Notes: generated by a model from the sequence alone, not told the origin. Positions 29,522-40,161 are shown, counted from the first letter of the stretch. The stretch is 64,000 nt of DNA from Promethearchaeota archaeon (GCA_048938005.1 JBHLMQ010000011.1:31134-95133); one strand, 5' to 3'. Numbers and translations are program-made.

Positions 29522-31426
29522 TCATTCTAAATCTTCAATCTCAGCAAGAAAAATATCTGCTATTTTATGCCATTTCTGTTTAATATCTAGTTCTTTTGAC
29601 ATCGAATCTGTTAATTCTTTTCCCTTTTTAAGATATTTAACTGCAGACTTCTTATTTCCGAGCTCTTTATAACATATACCTAACTTTATATATGTCTGAT
29701 TAATATACCATTCATCAATAGCAATTTCAATTACTTTTTGAAATTGTTCTACAGCATTTTCATACTCTTCGAAATACATCAAAATTTCTCCATAGGTATC
29801 ATAGTAAGTCCCATTATCAGGGTCAAGTTCTATGATATTGCGAATGAGATTTAATGATTCTTCTTTTTTATTTAGATATTGCAACCAATAAGCCTTATAA
29901 ATAAGTATCTCGTTATCTTTAGGATATTTTTGGAGTAATTCATTAATGATGGTTAATCCGGCTTCAAGATTCCCTATTCTTTTAAGTATAGACGCTTTTT
30001 TTATTTTAATGTCTATCTCATTTTTAGGAAAAATTTCAAGCATATAATCCAATAATGCCAAAATTTCATCAAATTGGCCAAAATAAATTAGAATCCTAAT
30101 TTTTGAGTTATATAAGTCTAGCGATTTTGGATTCAATTCAATTTTTTTATTAATTTCGTTAAGTTCTTCCCGATATTGAATTTCTAGCTTTTCAGGACTT
30201 TTTGATTGAAAGATTTTTGGTATGTTTTGCCAAATAATTCCTTCTAATTTATCATATGTTTCTATTAATTCCCTCTCAGCTTCGATTTTATATGCCAAAT
30301 AATTAATATATCCAGGTATAAACTCTTTTAACGCTTCCTTTAAACCTTTATCAAGCAAAGTTTCACAGATTTCTTCTACAATATCATTTAAAGTACTTGC
30401 TGCATCTGAGGATCTAGCGAATAATTTGTTTAAATATATAAATTCTGTTAAATGATTCTCAGTAATCGCACGCATTATTGTCTCCAATTTTTCATATTCC
30501 TGAAAATAATAATGTTTATCTGGTGGTACTCTTAATTCAAAAAATTTTAGTGGATATATATTATTCTCAACAATTTCATCAACATAATAGGTTAGAGTAT
30601 TCTCCTTAATTCTATAATTCTTAGAAAATTCTTCAGCTGAAACGTAATCGGGAAATTGATCTGGATGATTAATTGAAAGAAATAATAAAATCTTATGAAA
30701 ATCTTCCTCGTTTTTTAACATAGATTTAACTCTATTATAATCTAATTTTAAAACATTGTTTAAAAATCTAAATTGGATACGCTTATCCTTAATATTATAA
30801 CTATTAAAAAAATTGATTGTTTGTTTTGTGATTTCTTCAATTCGCTTACTTTCTTCTTCCAAGATTGTTTGTCTGTCCAAATCGTAATATTTCAGCATCC
30901 CTGAATACTCAGATTTGCCTAATTGAGTAATTCTATATTCTCTATTTTCATCATCCTTTCTAATAAATCCATTTTTTATCATCATTTTCATTGTTTTTGA
31001 TAATGATGATTGATTAATTGAAAGAGGTTCTTCAAGAAATTCAGACCATTTACAATAATTATTATTGTACACCATCCATAAAATCCAATGATCGTAATTC
31101 CTTCCACTTTTTAAGATTGTCTCAGGAGGATAACTTAACTTTCTTTCCTTCTTTTCAACTTTAGATAAGTCATAAAATCTCCTTTTTCCATCTAATGTAA
31201 TTTTATAATGTCCTTTTGATAGTTTAGTGATGTATCCTTCACTCTTTAATACATTAAGGTGTCTTGATAAAGTTGATGTGGGAATTTCAAGTGGGCTCTC
31301 AAGAAAATTAGACCACTCACATTCATCGTTATTAAATAACATCCAAAGAATAATATGCTCATAATTCTTTTTGTCTACCGTTGGAGGATTAATGATCTCT
31401 TGAGGGGGGTAATTAATCGTTGACAT
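29522..31426 (-). CDS. tandem winged-helix regulator with C-terminal TPRs, copy 3
   Basis: Same duplicated wHTH repeat; TPR motifs such as IELDPDNGTYYDTYGEIL. Confidence 0.82.
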   Translation of the reverse strand: MSTINYPPQEIINPPTVDKKNYEHIILWMLFNNDECEWSNFLESPLEIPTSTLSRHLNVLKSEGYITKLSKGHYKITLDGKRRFYDLSKVEKKERKLSYPPETILKSGRNYDHWILWMVYNNNYCKWSEFLEEPLSINQSSLSKTMKMMIKNGFIRKDDENREYRITQLGKSEYSGMLKYYDLDRQTILEEESKRIEEITKQTINFFNSYNIKDKRIQFRFLNNVLKLDYNRVKSMLKNEEDFHKILLFLSINHPDQFPDYVSAEEFSKNYRIKENTLTYYVDEIVENNIYPLKFFELRVPPDKHYYFQEYEKLETIMRAITENHLTEFIYLNKLFARSSDAASTLNDIVEEICETLLDKGLKEALKEFIPGYINYLAYKIEAERELIETYDKLEGIIWQNIPKIFQSKSPEKLEIQYREELNEINKKIELNPKSLDLYNSKIRILIYFGQFDEILALLDYMLEIFPKNEIDIKIKKASILKRIGNLEAGLTIINELLQKYPKDNEILIYKAYWLQYLNKKEESLNLIRNIIELDPDNGTYYDTYGEILMYFEEYENAVEQFQKVIEIAIDEWYINQTYIKLGICYKELGNKKSAVKYLKKGKELTDSMSKELDIKQKWHKIADIFLAEIEDLE

Positions 31427-31500
31427 TTTCTATGTAACTAAATATTATGAACCTTAGATAATGTTATACTATTATTCTATTTATATTTTTTTCCTAATAC

Positions 31501-31553
31501 TGCCATGATAGTTCGGAATTACTATGGGACTGCGATGATAAAAACTATAAATG
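31501..31553 (+). repeat. direct repeat / operator-promoter upstream of 31660
   Basis: 50/53 nt identical to 32636-32688. Confidence 0.85.
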
Positions 31554-31659
31554 TAACAGGATCTATCTGTTATATTGATCTGATAACTATGATCGAAATT
31601 TACATAAAAAGAGGAGTTGATAAAAAATAAAACAACGTAAAAATAGGATTATTAAAGTC

Positions 31660-32346
31660 TTGAAATATAGCTTTCTACTAATTATATTAATAGGTCTATT
31701 CTCGCAATTTATTAGTTATGGCCGTTCTGCTCCGTCAGGAATATTCGATGGTTTGTATATTAGTCATATACATAGCCTTTCTACATATCCTGAAGAAATT
31801 CCTACAAATCTCTCATATACTCATGTTTCAGGTGATATTTATCATGTTGAATGGGCTTGGGGAGGTTCAATCGGTTCTACGGGTTCTTGGGATGTCAATA
31901 TTAACACTAGAATTGTCTCAAATGTGCAAGTTTTTGGTCCTCCAAATGGATCTCATCCTGCATTTTGGATTCACACAAATATTTCACTTTATGATGAAAT
32001 TATATCATCCTGTGCTTTAACTTCTGCTGGTACCTTTACCATTTCTAATAATTTAGTTATACCCTATGGAAATATCTCTATAAATATTTGGGAAATGACA
32101 GATCCAGATAATACTAAAGTATGGTATGAAAAGAGTACTGGAATTCTTTTAAATGGCACGTTTCGTAAGGGAACAATCCATTGGGAGAGTTTTGAATATG
32201 TTGATACTAATGCTGTTTTCAATGAAGCAACAATACCTTCAGATGGGGGCACAATTCCAGGATACAATTATTTCTTACTAATTAGTATGTTTTGCTTAAT
32301 TGGAATAATAATAATTCAATACAAATCAAAAAAAAGGAAAAAATGA
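31660..32346 (+). CDS. secreted protein with Loki-CTERM-type tail (type A)
   Basis: GIFDG, GSWDVN, WYEKxTG shared with 13554; IPGY-TM-basic tail. Confidence 0.8.
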   Translation: MKYSFLLIILIGLFSQFISYGRSAPSGIFDGLYISHIHSLSTYPEEIPTNLSYTHVSGDIYHVEWAWGGSIGSTGSWDVNINTRIVSNVQVFGPPNGSHPAFWIHTNISLYDEIISSCALTSAGTFTISNNLVIPYGNISINIWEMTDPDNTKVWYEKSTGILLNGTFRKGTIHWESFEYVDTNAVFNEATIPSDGGTIPGYNYFLLISMFCLIGIIIIQYKSKKRKK

Positions 32347-32413
32347 TAATATTAGCAAGTAGAAATTATAGATTTATTTTTGCAATATTAAAATAATTAA
32401 AAGATATGGAAAA

Positions 32414-32478
32414 AGGAGGAGTAAGGTTAAAAAAGCACACATAAACTTTTATTCCTCCATTCTATCTACCTTTTTTTT
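32414..32478 (+). terminator. hairpin + poly-T
   Basis: GGAGGAGTAAGGTT / AACTTTTATTCCTCC stem (with G-U pairs) followed by a T-run. Confidence 0.55.
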
Positions 32479-32635
32479 AAAATTATACAAAAAAAGTGGA
32501 GTGAAAATATTCAACGTTTTTTAATATTTAATAGAATTTATTACTTGAAATTCCATAACAACAGAACTATATAATCGAATAAAAGTTATAGATAATATCA
32601 TATTTATTACTCTATTTATATCTGTTTTCCAATAT

Positions 32636-32688
32636 TGCCATGATAGTTCGGAATTCCCATGGAACTGCGATGATAAAAACTATAAATG
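32636..32688 (+). repeat. direct repeat / operator-promoter upstream of 32773
   Basis: TGCCATGATAGTTCGGAATTCCCATGGAACTGCGATGATAAAAACTATAAATG. Confidence 0.85.
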
Positions 32689-32772
32689 GAATTAAATCAT
32701 CACTTTTAATTGGTCATCCATAAGATGATCACTAAAAAATTTAAAAAATATAAAAAAAAGAGATTGAAAAAA

Positions 32773-33504
32773 ATGAAAAATACAAAAATACTATTAGGTG
32801 CAATTCTAGGGGTTTTAGTACTTAGCTTTGTACCCACAGTTCTCGGATATGGAACTATAAAAAGATCTCTTGAAGATGATTGGCTCATCCACACTGATGG
32901 CGTATCTGGTTTAAATGATCATATAGGAATTTGGGCTTCAGAACAGTTAGCAATCTGCCCACATCGCGAATATGATCCTTATTGGAATTTCGTATCTATA
33001 TTGGAGTGCGATTATCATGGACACCTCCTAGAAAGAGCATTGCCTGATGGAAGACATATGATAACAGTCCACATACAAGTAAAAGGAGCGCCGGTACTAG
33101 TCGAAACATATGATACTGATCCTAGTAATATCATCACACTATTTGTAGGGAAAATGGATTATATATTTCAGTTAAGATTCATAGTTGATTTAGAAGAATG
33201 GCCGCCTTGGTTGGTACCATGGTTAGATGATGATGGCTTTGATAATAAGACGGGGTATGTCATACTACCTGCATATTTACCTCTTGCTTTTGATGCTCTT
33301 ATGATGTACGAGTTTGGATTGGAGTTTGTCAGCGTGCTGTTTATCGGTATCGGTAAAGGAGAAATGGTTAATGACTGGAATGGTTTAGAGCTTGGAGATA
33401 CTGCAAAAGTAGTAGGAGCTACGTATGGATCCGCAAAGAAGGGATATAATTTTATAGATCCATTTTGGCCAATATGGCCTTGTAACTTCATAAAATTGTT
33501 TTAA
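32773..33504 (+). CDS. secreted hypothetical protein (type B)
   Basis: Signal peptide MKNTKILLG...; paralog of 22563. Confidence 0.7.
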   Translation: MKNTKILLGAILGVLVLSFVPTVLGYGTIKRSLEDDWLIHTDGVSGLNDHIGIWASEQLAICPHREYDPYWNFVSILECDYHGHLLERALPDGRHMITVHIQVKGAPVLVETYDTDPSNIITLFVGKMDYIFQLRFIVDLEEWPPWLVPWLDDDGFDNKTGYVILPAYLPLAFDALMMYEFGLEFVSVLFIGIGKGEMVNDWNGLELGDTAKVVGATYGSAKKGYNFIDPFWPIWPCNFIKLF

Positions 33505-33520
33505 ATAGATTTAAATAAAA

Positions 33521-33612
33521 ATATAGGATAGAAGGAAAAAGTTTAGAAAGAGGGCATCTCGAATACCCTAACCTAAACCGAATATCCTCCCATTTTATAT
33601 TTCTTTTTTTTT
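33521..33612 (+). terminator. long hairpin + poly-T after type B gene
   Basis: GTTTAG/CTAAAC and AGGG/CCCT stems, TCTCGA loop region, T-run. Confidence 0.6.
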
Positions 33613-33691
33613 ATTTTTTAAATTAATTTGAAAAGATTTAACGTTTTTTAATGTTCAATAAGATTGTGTAATTAAAAACATAGTTATTTTG

Positions 33692-34642
33692 TTATATGTT
33701 AAATCCATCATCAAAATCTTCCCATTCTTCTGCTCCACTATCAAGTCTTTTCTTTTCTTCTTCTTTCTTTTCTTTCTTTAGCTCTCGACGATCTTTACGG
33801 GTAAGCTCATCATATCTCTTTGTATAAATCTCTTCATATTTTTCTCTTAACGCTTCAACATCCTCAACATGTCCTATCTTATCTTCTAGTCCGTCTTCAA
33901 AAAAATAGTTTCTTTTAAACTTTTTAGCAGGAATACCAACATATATATACCCATTTTCTAATACTTGCCCAACTGTCGTCACAGAATTAGCTGCTAAGAT
34001 ACATTGGTATCCTATATGCGTACCAGGCATAACTATTGCGTGTGAACCTATTCTTACATCATCCTCAATAATAGTTTTTCTAATAATTAATAGATTTCCT
34101 ATGATAACGGCGGATTGAACGATTGCACCCTGCCCTACAACCACATCTTTTCCAAATTCTATAAATTCTGTATCTACCCATCCTTCAAATAAGGAATTGG
34201 AAATTTTAGTCTTAACACCAAACATTTTAAAACAAATGTTATCTAAAATTCCAGGAAAGGGAAATCGGTGAGCAAGCCAAATAGGCCACCTTTTTATTGT
34301 ATTGCGAAGGCTCCAGTATCGATAATCTTTATCTTCTGGAATTCTTAAGAAAACACCTTCTCGAGGTTTATGAATCGCATTAACGAAAACTAACAAAATT
34401 TTAGCAAAAAGTATCCCAGAAAACACTATTGTTATATACATCAACACAGCTAAAAGAGGAAGAAATGTATAAAAATGGACAGGCCTAACAGGATGCCATA
34501 AAAACCGCCAATAAACCCAAAACTCTAAAAGTACAGGGATTAAACTAATCCATATTAGAAAAATATAAAATATCAAATATTTCTTCTTTACTAAGACTGT
34601 TGGAGTAAATGGTCCAACACGCATCGTATTTGGAACACTCAT
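33692..34642 (-). CDS. membrane protein with left-handed beta-helix acyltransferase-like domain (one repeat)
   Basis: 2 TM + HKPREGVF + hexapeptide repeats + YVGIPAK. Confidence 0.8.
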   Translation of the reverse strand: MSVPNTMRVGPFTPTVLVKKKYLIFYIFLIWISLIPVLLEFWVYWRFLWHPVRPVHFYTFLPLLAVLMYITIVFSGILFAKILLVFVNAIHKPREGVFLRIPEDKDYRYWSLRNTIKRWPIWLAHRFPFPGILDNICFKMFGVKTKISNSLFEGWVDTEFIEFGKDVVVGQGAIVQSAVIIGNLLIIRKTIIEDDVRIGSHAIVMPGTHIGYQCILAANSVTTVGQVLENGYIYVGIPAKKFKRNYFFEDGLEDKIGHVEDVEALREKYEEIYTKRYDELTRKDRRELKKEKKEEEKKRLDSGAEEWEDFDDGFNI

Positions 34643-36504
34643 TTTTCTTCTACCTCTTTTTCAGTTTTGATTAATTCTTTTTTATCTTCATCTATATTCA
34701 CATCATGTATAATTTCAAACTTTTTCACTTCATCTACATCCACTTTTTTGATAATATCTCGTCTTTGTTCAGCATATTTGTTTTCCTTTAACTTTATAAC
34801 TGGAATTCCAAAATAAATCCAGGCTGGATCAAGAATTTGGTTAAATGTAGTGGTACTAATTGCTCCAACCATAGATTCTTTACCTATTACAGTTCCTGGG
34901 GCAATCGTAGTATGCCCTCCAACCATCACATAATCATCAAAAATCAAATTTTTAATTAATAAATATCGCCCAACAACCATACTCGACATAATTGTGGCAC
35001 CTTGACCAATTAGATTCTTACGTCCAAATTTGATAAATTCCGCATCACACCATGCATCGTTGAGATGGCTTGTAAAATCCATATTTACCCCAAATAATTT
35101 TAAAGCAACTGCATCAATCCAAGGGAGTGGAGAATTTCTCATAAACCATAAAGCCATTTTCTTCAATTCGGTTCTTAGCATCCAAAATTCAAAATCTGTA
35201 TCTCCGATTTCTGCTTTAAAAATACCTTCTTTCGGTTTGTGAATTAAATTCACGAGAATTAAGAGTAATTTACTAAAAAGTAGGCATGCAAAAATGAAAA
35301 AATAAATAGATCCAAATACCGCAAAGGGAAAAAGAGCTAAAATAATTGTCCAATTTTGATCTAGTAAATACCAATACCAAAAAATAGAGACTATTAAACC
35401 TGCTAACCAAAAAACAGGAAGATAAACAGCTAAAAACTTCAAATTAACTCTACTTATAGCAGAACTCGTAGTGAAATCAAGAGCTAAATCTTGTTCGGTT
35501 AAATTATTTATATCGATTTGATCCTTATGTAAATAACTAATGATGTCTTTCCTCTCGAGCGTGCCGTTAAAGAATTGTTCAGCACTTTCCTCAGCTTTTA
35601 ATTTTTTCAGTAATTTTTTATTCATATATCCATTAATATTTTCATTTTTGTCTAAATTTTTTGGTGAAACACCTAAATACCCAATAATTTTTTTTCTAAA
35701 GATTCTTCTTAGCGGAATTCCAAAATAATAATTTTTCCCTCCTTTTACTACATTATGTTTGGTTGCACAGGCAAATGGGAATAAAAAAGAATTATTATAA
35801 ATTTCTGTTCCAGGTCCAATTTGATTCATTGCAGCCGTAGTCACATTATCACCTACTTTTATTTTAAAATAGGAAATATTGCCAAAAATTCCCTCTATTA
35901 TATGGCTAGATAACGTAGAATTAACTCCTATATAACAGTTCTTCCCTACGGAAATAAATTTATCATTACCTACAGACTCCTCTAATGTTGTGCCCTTTTC
36001 GATTTTACTTGACCCTATAAAATTAAAAAACCAATTGCTGAGCCAAGGAAATAGTCCTTTCGTAATAATATTCTTTCCATATTTGATCATGAAGCTTCTG
36101 ATGTGATATGCATTTGCCGCTCTACTACGTATATTTCGTGGGATTATTCCGGATTTTGAAGGAGTAATTTTCTCAGATATTCTCCAAAAAATACGAGTAA
36201 TTAATCCTAAAAAAAATAAACGAAGTAGGTAGCAACCAATAAGCACTAAAGGCATTAAAAGAAAAGCAATTAAAGGTTTTAATTCAATAAAGATAAGAAA
36301 AAAATTAGGAATTTCTAAAACATAAGGAAGGAAAACTTGGAAAAAGTACCAAAAAAAGCAAATCCCTGGGATTACCCATGAACTATAATATATTAACGCA
36401 AATATCAATAAATATAAATGATACTGAAGTTTGACCTCTTCCTTTATAACCTTATTATTATTTGGTGGATCAGCTTCTTCAGTTTCTTCGCTCATTTTTA
36501 CCAT
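34639..36504 (-). CDS. membrane protein with two TM+LbH repeats (Pls/PosA C-terminal-domain-like)
   Basis: Two units of TM pair plus hexapeptide repeats, each ending YFGIP. Confidence 0.8.
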   Translation of the reverse strand: MVKMSEETEEADPPNNNKVIKEEVKLQYHLYLLIFALIYYSSWVIPGICFFWYFFQVFLPYVLEIPNFFLIFIELKPLIAFLLMPLVLIGCYLLRLFFLGLITRIFWRISEKITPSKSGIIPRNIRSRAANAYHIRSFMIKYGKNIITKGLFPWLSNWFFNFIGSSKIEKGTTLEESVGNDKFISVGKNCYIGVNSTLSSHIIEGIFGNISYFKIKVGDNVTTAAMNQIGPGTEIYNNSFLFPFACATKHNVVKGGKNYYFGIPLRRIFRKKIIGYLGVSPKNLDKNENINGYMNKKLLKKLKAEESAEQFFNGTLERKDIISYLHKDQIDINNLTEQDLALDFTTSSAISRVNLKFLAVYLPVFWLAGLIVSIFWYWYLLDQNWTIILALFPFAVFGSIYFFIFACLLFSKLLLILVNLIHKPKEGIFKAEIGDTDFEFWMLRTELKKMALWFMRNSPLPWIDAVALKLFGVNMDFTSHLNDAWCDAEFIKFGRKNLIGQGATIMSSMVVGRYLLIKNLIFDDYVMVGGHTTIAPGTVIGKESMVGAISTTTFNQILDPAWIYFGIPVIKLKENKYAEQRRDIIKKVDVDEVKKFEIIHDVNIDEDKKELIKTEKEVEEK

Positions 36505-36632
36505 TAAATCCGAATTCCAACCTATGCACTATATATATTACTCTATTAAAAAGCTATTAATACTTATTATACATAAATAGTTATTTTTTTTCCTTAAAAA
36601 TTATTAGTCTTAAGCAAAAAGAAAAATTTAAT

Positions 36633-37031
36633 ATGGAAAATAAATGTGAAAATTGCGGAAAGTGTTGTTTAGAAACAGAAATGACTCTTTCTCAGCAAGA
36701 TATTGAACTAATAAAAACCAATTACCCTAATAATATAAGAGAACACGATTTTGTATCCAAAAACAAAATTAAGCAGTTCAAATTGAAAAATGTTGAGGGA
36801 CATTGTGTGTTTTTGGATTCTCTTTTTAAGACTTGCAATATTTATAAATATCGACCTCAAGGTTGTAGATTTTACCCATTAATATATGATATAAATGAAA
36901 AAAGATGCAAGCTTGATGTAGATTGCCCTAGAAAGGATTTGTTTTACAAAGACAAACAAAATTTTAAGCTTACATGTCAAGATTTAAAGATATTCTTAAA
37001 AAAGCAATTAAATATGAGTATAAATTATTAA
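36633..37031 (+). CDS. YkgJ-family cysteine-cluster protein
   Basis: CENCGKCC...CVFL...CNIYKYRPQGCRFYP. Confidence 0.85.
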   Translation: MENKCENCGKCCLETEMTLSQQDIELIKTNYPNNIREHDFVSKNKIKQFKLKNVEGHCVFLDSLFKTCNIYKYRPQGCRFYPLIYDINEKRCKLDVDCPRKDLFYKDKQNFKLTCQDLKIFLKKQLNMSINY

Positions 37032-37049
37032 ATTAGAGTTTTTTAAACG

Positions 37050-38873
37050 TTATCTTTTTTTATCTTCTTCGATGTTGACTTCATGCTCAATTTCGAATTT
37101 CTTTTCTTCATCTACGTCTCGTTTCATAATTATATCTCTTCTCTCTTTCGCATATTTATTTTCCTTGAGTTTTATCACAGGTATTCCAAGATATATCCAC
37201 CCTGGCTCAAGAATCTGGTTATATATTGTATTTGAAATCGCACTAACAAAAGTATCTTCACCTAGGACAGTCCCTGGCGCTATAGTGGTGTGTCCACCGA
37301 TAAGAGAATAATCTCCACATATAACATTCTTTATAATTAAATATTTACCTACAACCATCGAAGACATAATAGTTGCCCCTTGACCAACTAATATCCTTCG
37401 TCCAAGCGTAATAAATTCGCTATCACACCAAGAATCATATAAAGAACTAGATAAGCTCATTCTTATTCCAAACCATTTAAAAGCCAATATGTCCATCCAA
37501 GGAATAGGCCAGTTCCGCATAAGCCATAAAACAATCTTCTTTACTTCAATCCGTAAACACCAAAATTCAAAATCGGTATCGCCGATTTCTGCTTTAAAAA
37601 TACCTTCTTTAGGCTTATGGATTAAATTTATTAAAACTAAAAATAATTTGGTGAAAAAGAAACAGCCTAATATAAATATAAACCACATTAGAATTACCAT
37701 TGTAGGTAGTAAAAAAGCCATTATAAACCATATTCGAGCGAAATAAGTGAACGTATAAAAAATAATAGTTACTAGCATACCAGAGAGCCAAAAAATTGGA
37801 ATATATACAATAAGGAATTTTATATTAACTCTTGAAATGGCACTACTTGTTGTAAAATCAATTACTAATTCTTTTTCTGTTAAATTATTTTTATCAATTT
37901 CATCCTCTCCTAAATTTTCTTTTGTTTGTTCATCTTTGAGGATAACTTTAGATTGTCTCAATTCTTTCTCTATTTTCAATTTTTCAAGTAATTTTTTATC
38001 ATGGTAACCTTCAATATTATCATTCATCTCTAAATCTTTTGGAGATAACCTTAAATAGTTCATTATCTTCTTTCTGAATATTTTTCGTAATGGTATCCCC
38101 CAATAATAGTTATCTCCTTTTAATACACTATGTTTTGGGGTGCATGCTATAGGAAGTAAAAAAGAATTATCATGAACTTCTGATCCCGCTGCAATCAGGT
38201 TCGTTCCAGAAGTTGTAACATTATCTCCTACTTTTACTTGAAAATAATTAATATTTCCAAAAGTTCCATCTACCATATGGCTTGCTAACATTGAGTTAAC
38301 GGCAAAATAACAATTTTTACCCACAATTGCAAATCTGTCATTCCCAGAGCTCTCCTCAAAGGTTGTACCTTTTCCAACCTCAATTGAACCTACAAAGTTG
38401 TAAAACCAATTACTAAGCCAAGGAAACACCCCTTTTATAAAAGAATTTTTCCCATATTTGATCATAAAGCTTCTCAGCTGATAAAAATTTAATGCTCTTG
38501 AAGGAAAATTTCTTGGTATTATTCCATTTTTACTTGGTAATTTTTTTTCGCTTGATCTCCAAAATCCACGAGTTAATAGACCAATAAAAAATAACCGAAT
38601 AAGATAACAACCAATTATTACAAAAGGCATTGCTATTAATGCAATTAGCGGCTTAATTTCTGTAAAAAGGGCAAAAAAATTAGTAATTTCTAAAAAATTA
38701 GGTAAAAAATAGAAAATTATGTAAGCTATAAATATTAGTGCTGGCACAATCAGTGAAGCCAAATAAATAGTAAAAAATACAACTAAAAACGAAAAATAGT
38801 GGAATTTAATTTCTTCTTTAGGAACTTGATCCTCTGAAGCATTTTCAGTTGATTGTTGCTCCGTCATTTTCAT
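37050..38873 (-). CDS. membrane protein with two TM+LbH repeats, paralog of 34639
   Basis: Shared blocks such as DFTTSSAISRVN and HKPKEGIFKAEIGDTDFEFW. Confidence 0.8.
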   Translation of the reverse strand: MKMTEQQSTENASEDQVPKEEIKFHYFSFLVVFFTIYLASLIVPALIFIAYIIFYFLPNFLEITNFFALFTEIKPLIALIAMPFVIIGCYLIRLFFIGLLTRGFWRSSEKKLPSKNGIIPRNFPSRALNFYQLRSFMIKYGKNSFIKGVFPWLSNWFYNFVGSIEVGKGTTFEESSGNDRFAIVGKNCYFAVNSMLASHMVDGTFGNINYFQVKVGDNVTTSGTNLIAAGSEVHDNSFLLPIACTPKHSVLKGDNYYWGIPLRKIFRKKIMNYLRLSPKDLEMNDNIEGYHDKKLLEKLKIEKELRQSKVILKDEQTKENLGEDEIDKNNLTEKELVIDFTTSSAISRVNIKFLIVYIPIFWLSGMLVTIIFYTFTYFARIWFIMAFLLPTMVILMWFIFILGCFFFTKLFLVLINLIHKPKEGIFKAEIGDTDFEFWCLRIEVKKIVLWLMRNWPIPWMDILAFKWFGIRMSLSSSLYDSWCDSEFITLGRRILVGQGATIMSSMVVGKYLIIKNVICGDYSLIGGHTTIAPGTVLGEDTFVSAISNTIYNQILEPGWIYLGIPVIKLKENKYAKERRDIIMKRDVDEEKKFEIEHEVNIEEDKKR

Positions 38874-38932
38874 AGCAATAAATTTTCAATTATGATATAT
38901 AATTAGTAATTAAGATAGTTTTTCTAAAAAAT

Positions 38933-39958
38933 TCAGTGTATTTGAACAATGGTTTTAATATGATCGCGACTCAATTTATAAGACTCAAAAGCTTCTTTTA
39001 TATTATCTAATTCGAATTTTTTGGATATCAGTTCTTTTACTTGAATTTTTCCAGATTTTAATCCTTCTATTGCTTTCTCGAAAGGTCCACATCTACTACT
39101 ATAAAGAATAAGCTCACGGACTACAATATCGGTAAGATTTATCGGTGTTTCAAGTCCATGTGTGCTTTTAACATGAATTTTTCCTCGAGTTCTACAAGAA
39201 GCAATAATATCTTTTAAGGCATCGGGATTTCCAGTTGTATCTACTACAATATCTGCTCCTAAACTATTAGTGAGATTTTTTATCTCCTGTGGAATATCTT
39301 TACAGGCTAATCTATTGATTAAATGGTGCGCACCAAACTTTTTAGCTAAATTAAGTTTTTTATCCGAACCATCTACAACAATTAGTTTCAGTCCTTTTAA
39401 TAAAGCTACTTGAGTTATCAATAATCCTAACTTTCCTAGACCAAATATAGCCATTATCTTATCATTTTGTTCTAAAGGCATCATTTCAAAAGTTTGATAA
39501 GCGGCAGCTAAGGGTTCGATAAATGTAGCATCTTCATTTGAAATAGAATCAGGTATTTCATGCAATAAATAAGTTTCTAATGCAATATGTTCTGCGAGAG
39601 CACCATCAATATCAATACCAACTGCTTTACGAGATATACATTGAGTAAATAGCTCTTGTTTACAATAATAACAATTAAAATCAATATTACTGTTTATTTC
39701 TGAAGTAACTCTCTTATTTAACCATGCTTTATCAACTTCTTTACCTAATTTCACTACTTCTCCTACAAATTCATGACCAAGGATAATAGGAATAGGTGTA
39801 GGTAAACTCCCTTGAACTATAGCTAGATCTGTTCCACAAATTCCTACGGCTCTAACTTGAACAAGAACTTGAGATTTACTTATGATTGGCTCAGCGACAT
39901 TTTTGATATTAATTTCTTTACCATCATATATTGCTGCTTTCATCATTTTATCCTCCAA
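38933..39958 (-). CDS. zinc-dependent alcohol dehydrogenase (MDR, Tdh-like)
   Basis: GICGTD, GHEFVG, GLGKLG. Confidence 0.9.
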   Translation of the reverse strand: MEDKMMKAAIYDGKEINIKNVAEPIISKSQVLVQVRAVGICGTDLAIVQGSLPTPIPIILGHEFVGEVVKLGKEVDKAWLNKRVTSEINSNIDFNCYYCKQELFTQCISRKAVGIDIDGALAEHIALETYLLHEIPDSISNEDATFIEPLAAAYQTFEMMPLEQNDKIMAIFGLGKLGLLITQVALLKGLKLIVVDGSDKKLNLAKKFGAHHLINRLACKDIPQEIKNLTNSLGADIVVDTTGNPDALKDIIASCRTRGKIHVKSTHGLETPINLTDIVVRELILYSSRCGPFEKAIEGLKSGKIQVKELISKKFELDNIKEAFESYKLSRDHIKTIVQIH

Positions 39959-40161
39959 ATTGAATACTAACTTTCAAATTTTGAAATTATAAATAAAATT
40001 ACCTAAATATAGTTTATAATTAACATTTTCTAGTATAAAGTTTATATTATCTAAACAAACTTTTTTTATCTCAAAATAAATATAGATAATTAGAAACCCT
40101 TTTTTAAAGAATATTTTTTAACTATTTTATATTAAATTAATATTTTAAAAAGTCTAAAATT

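Noticed and set aside
31501-32688. CRISPR array
   Set aside because: Only two copies, 1.1 kb apart with a gene between them; no cas genes
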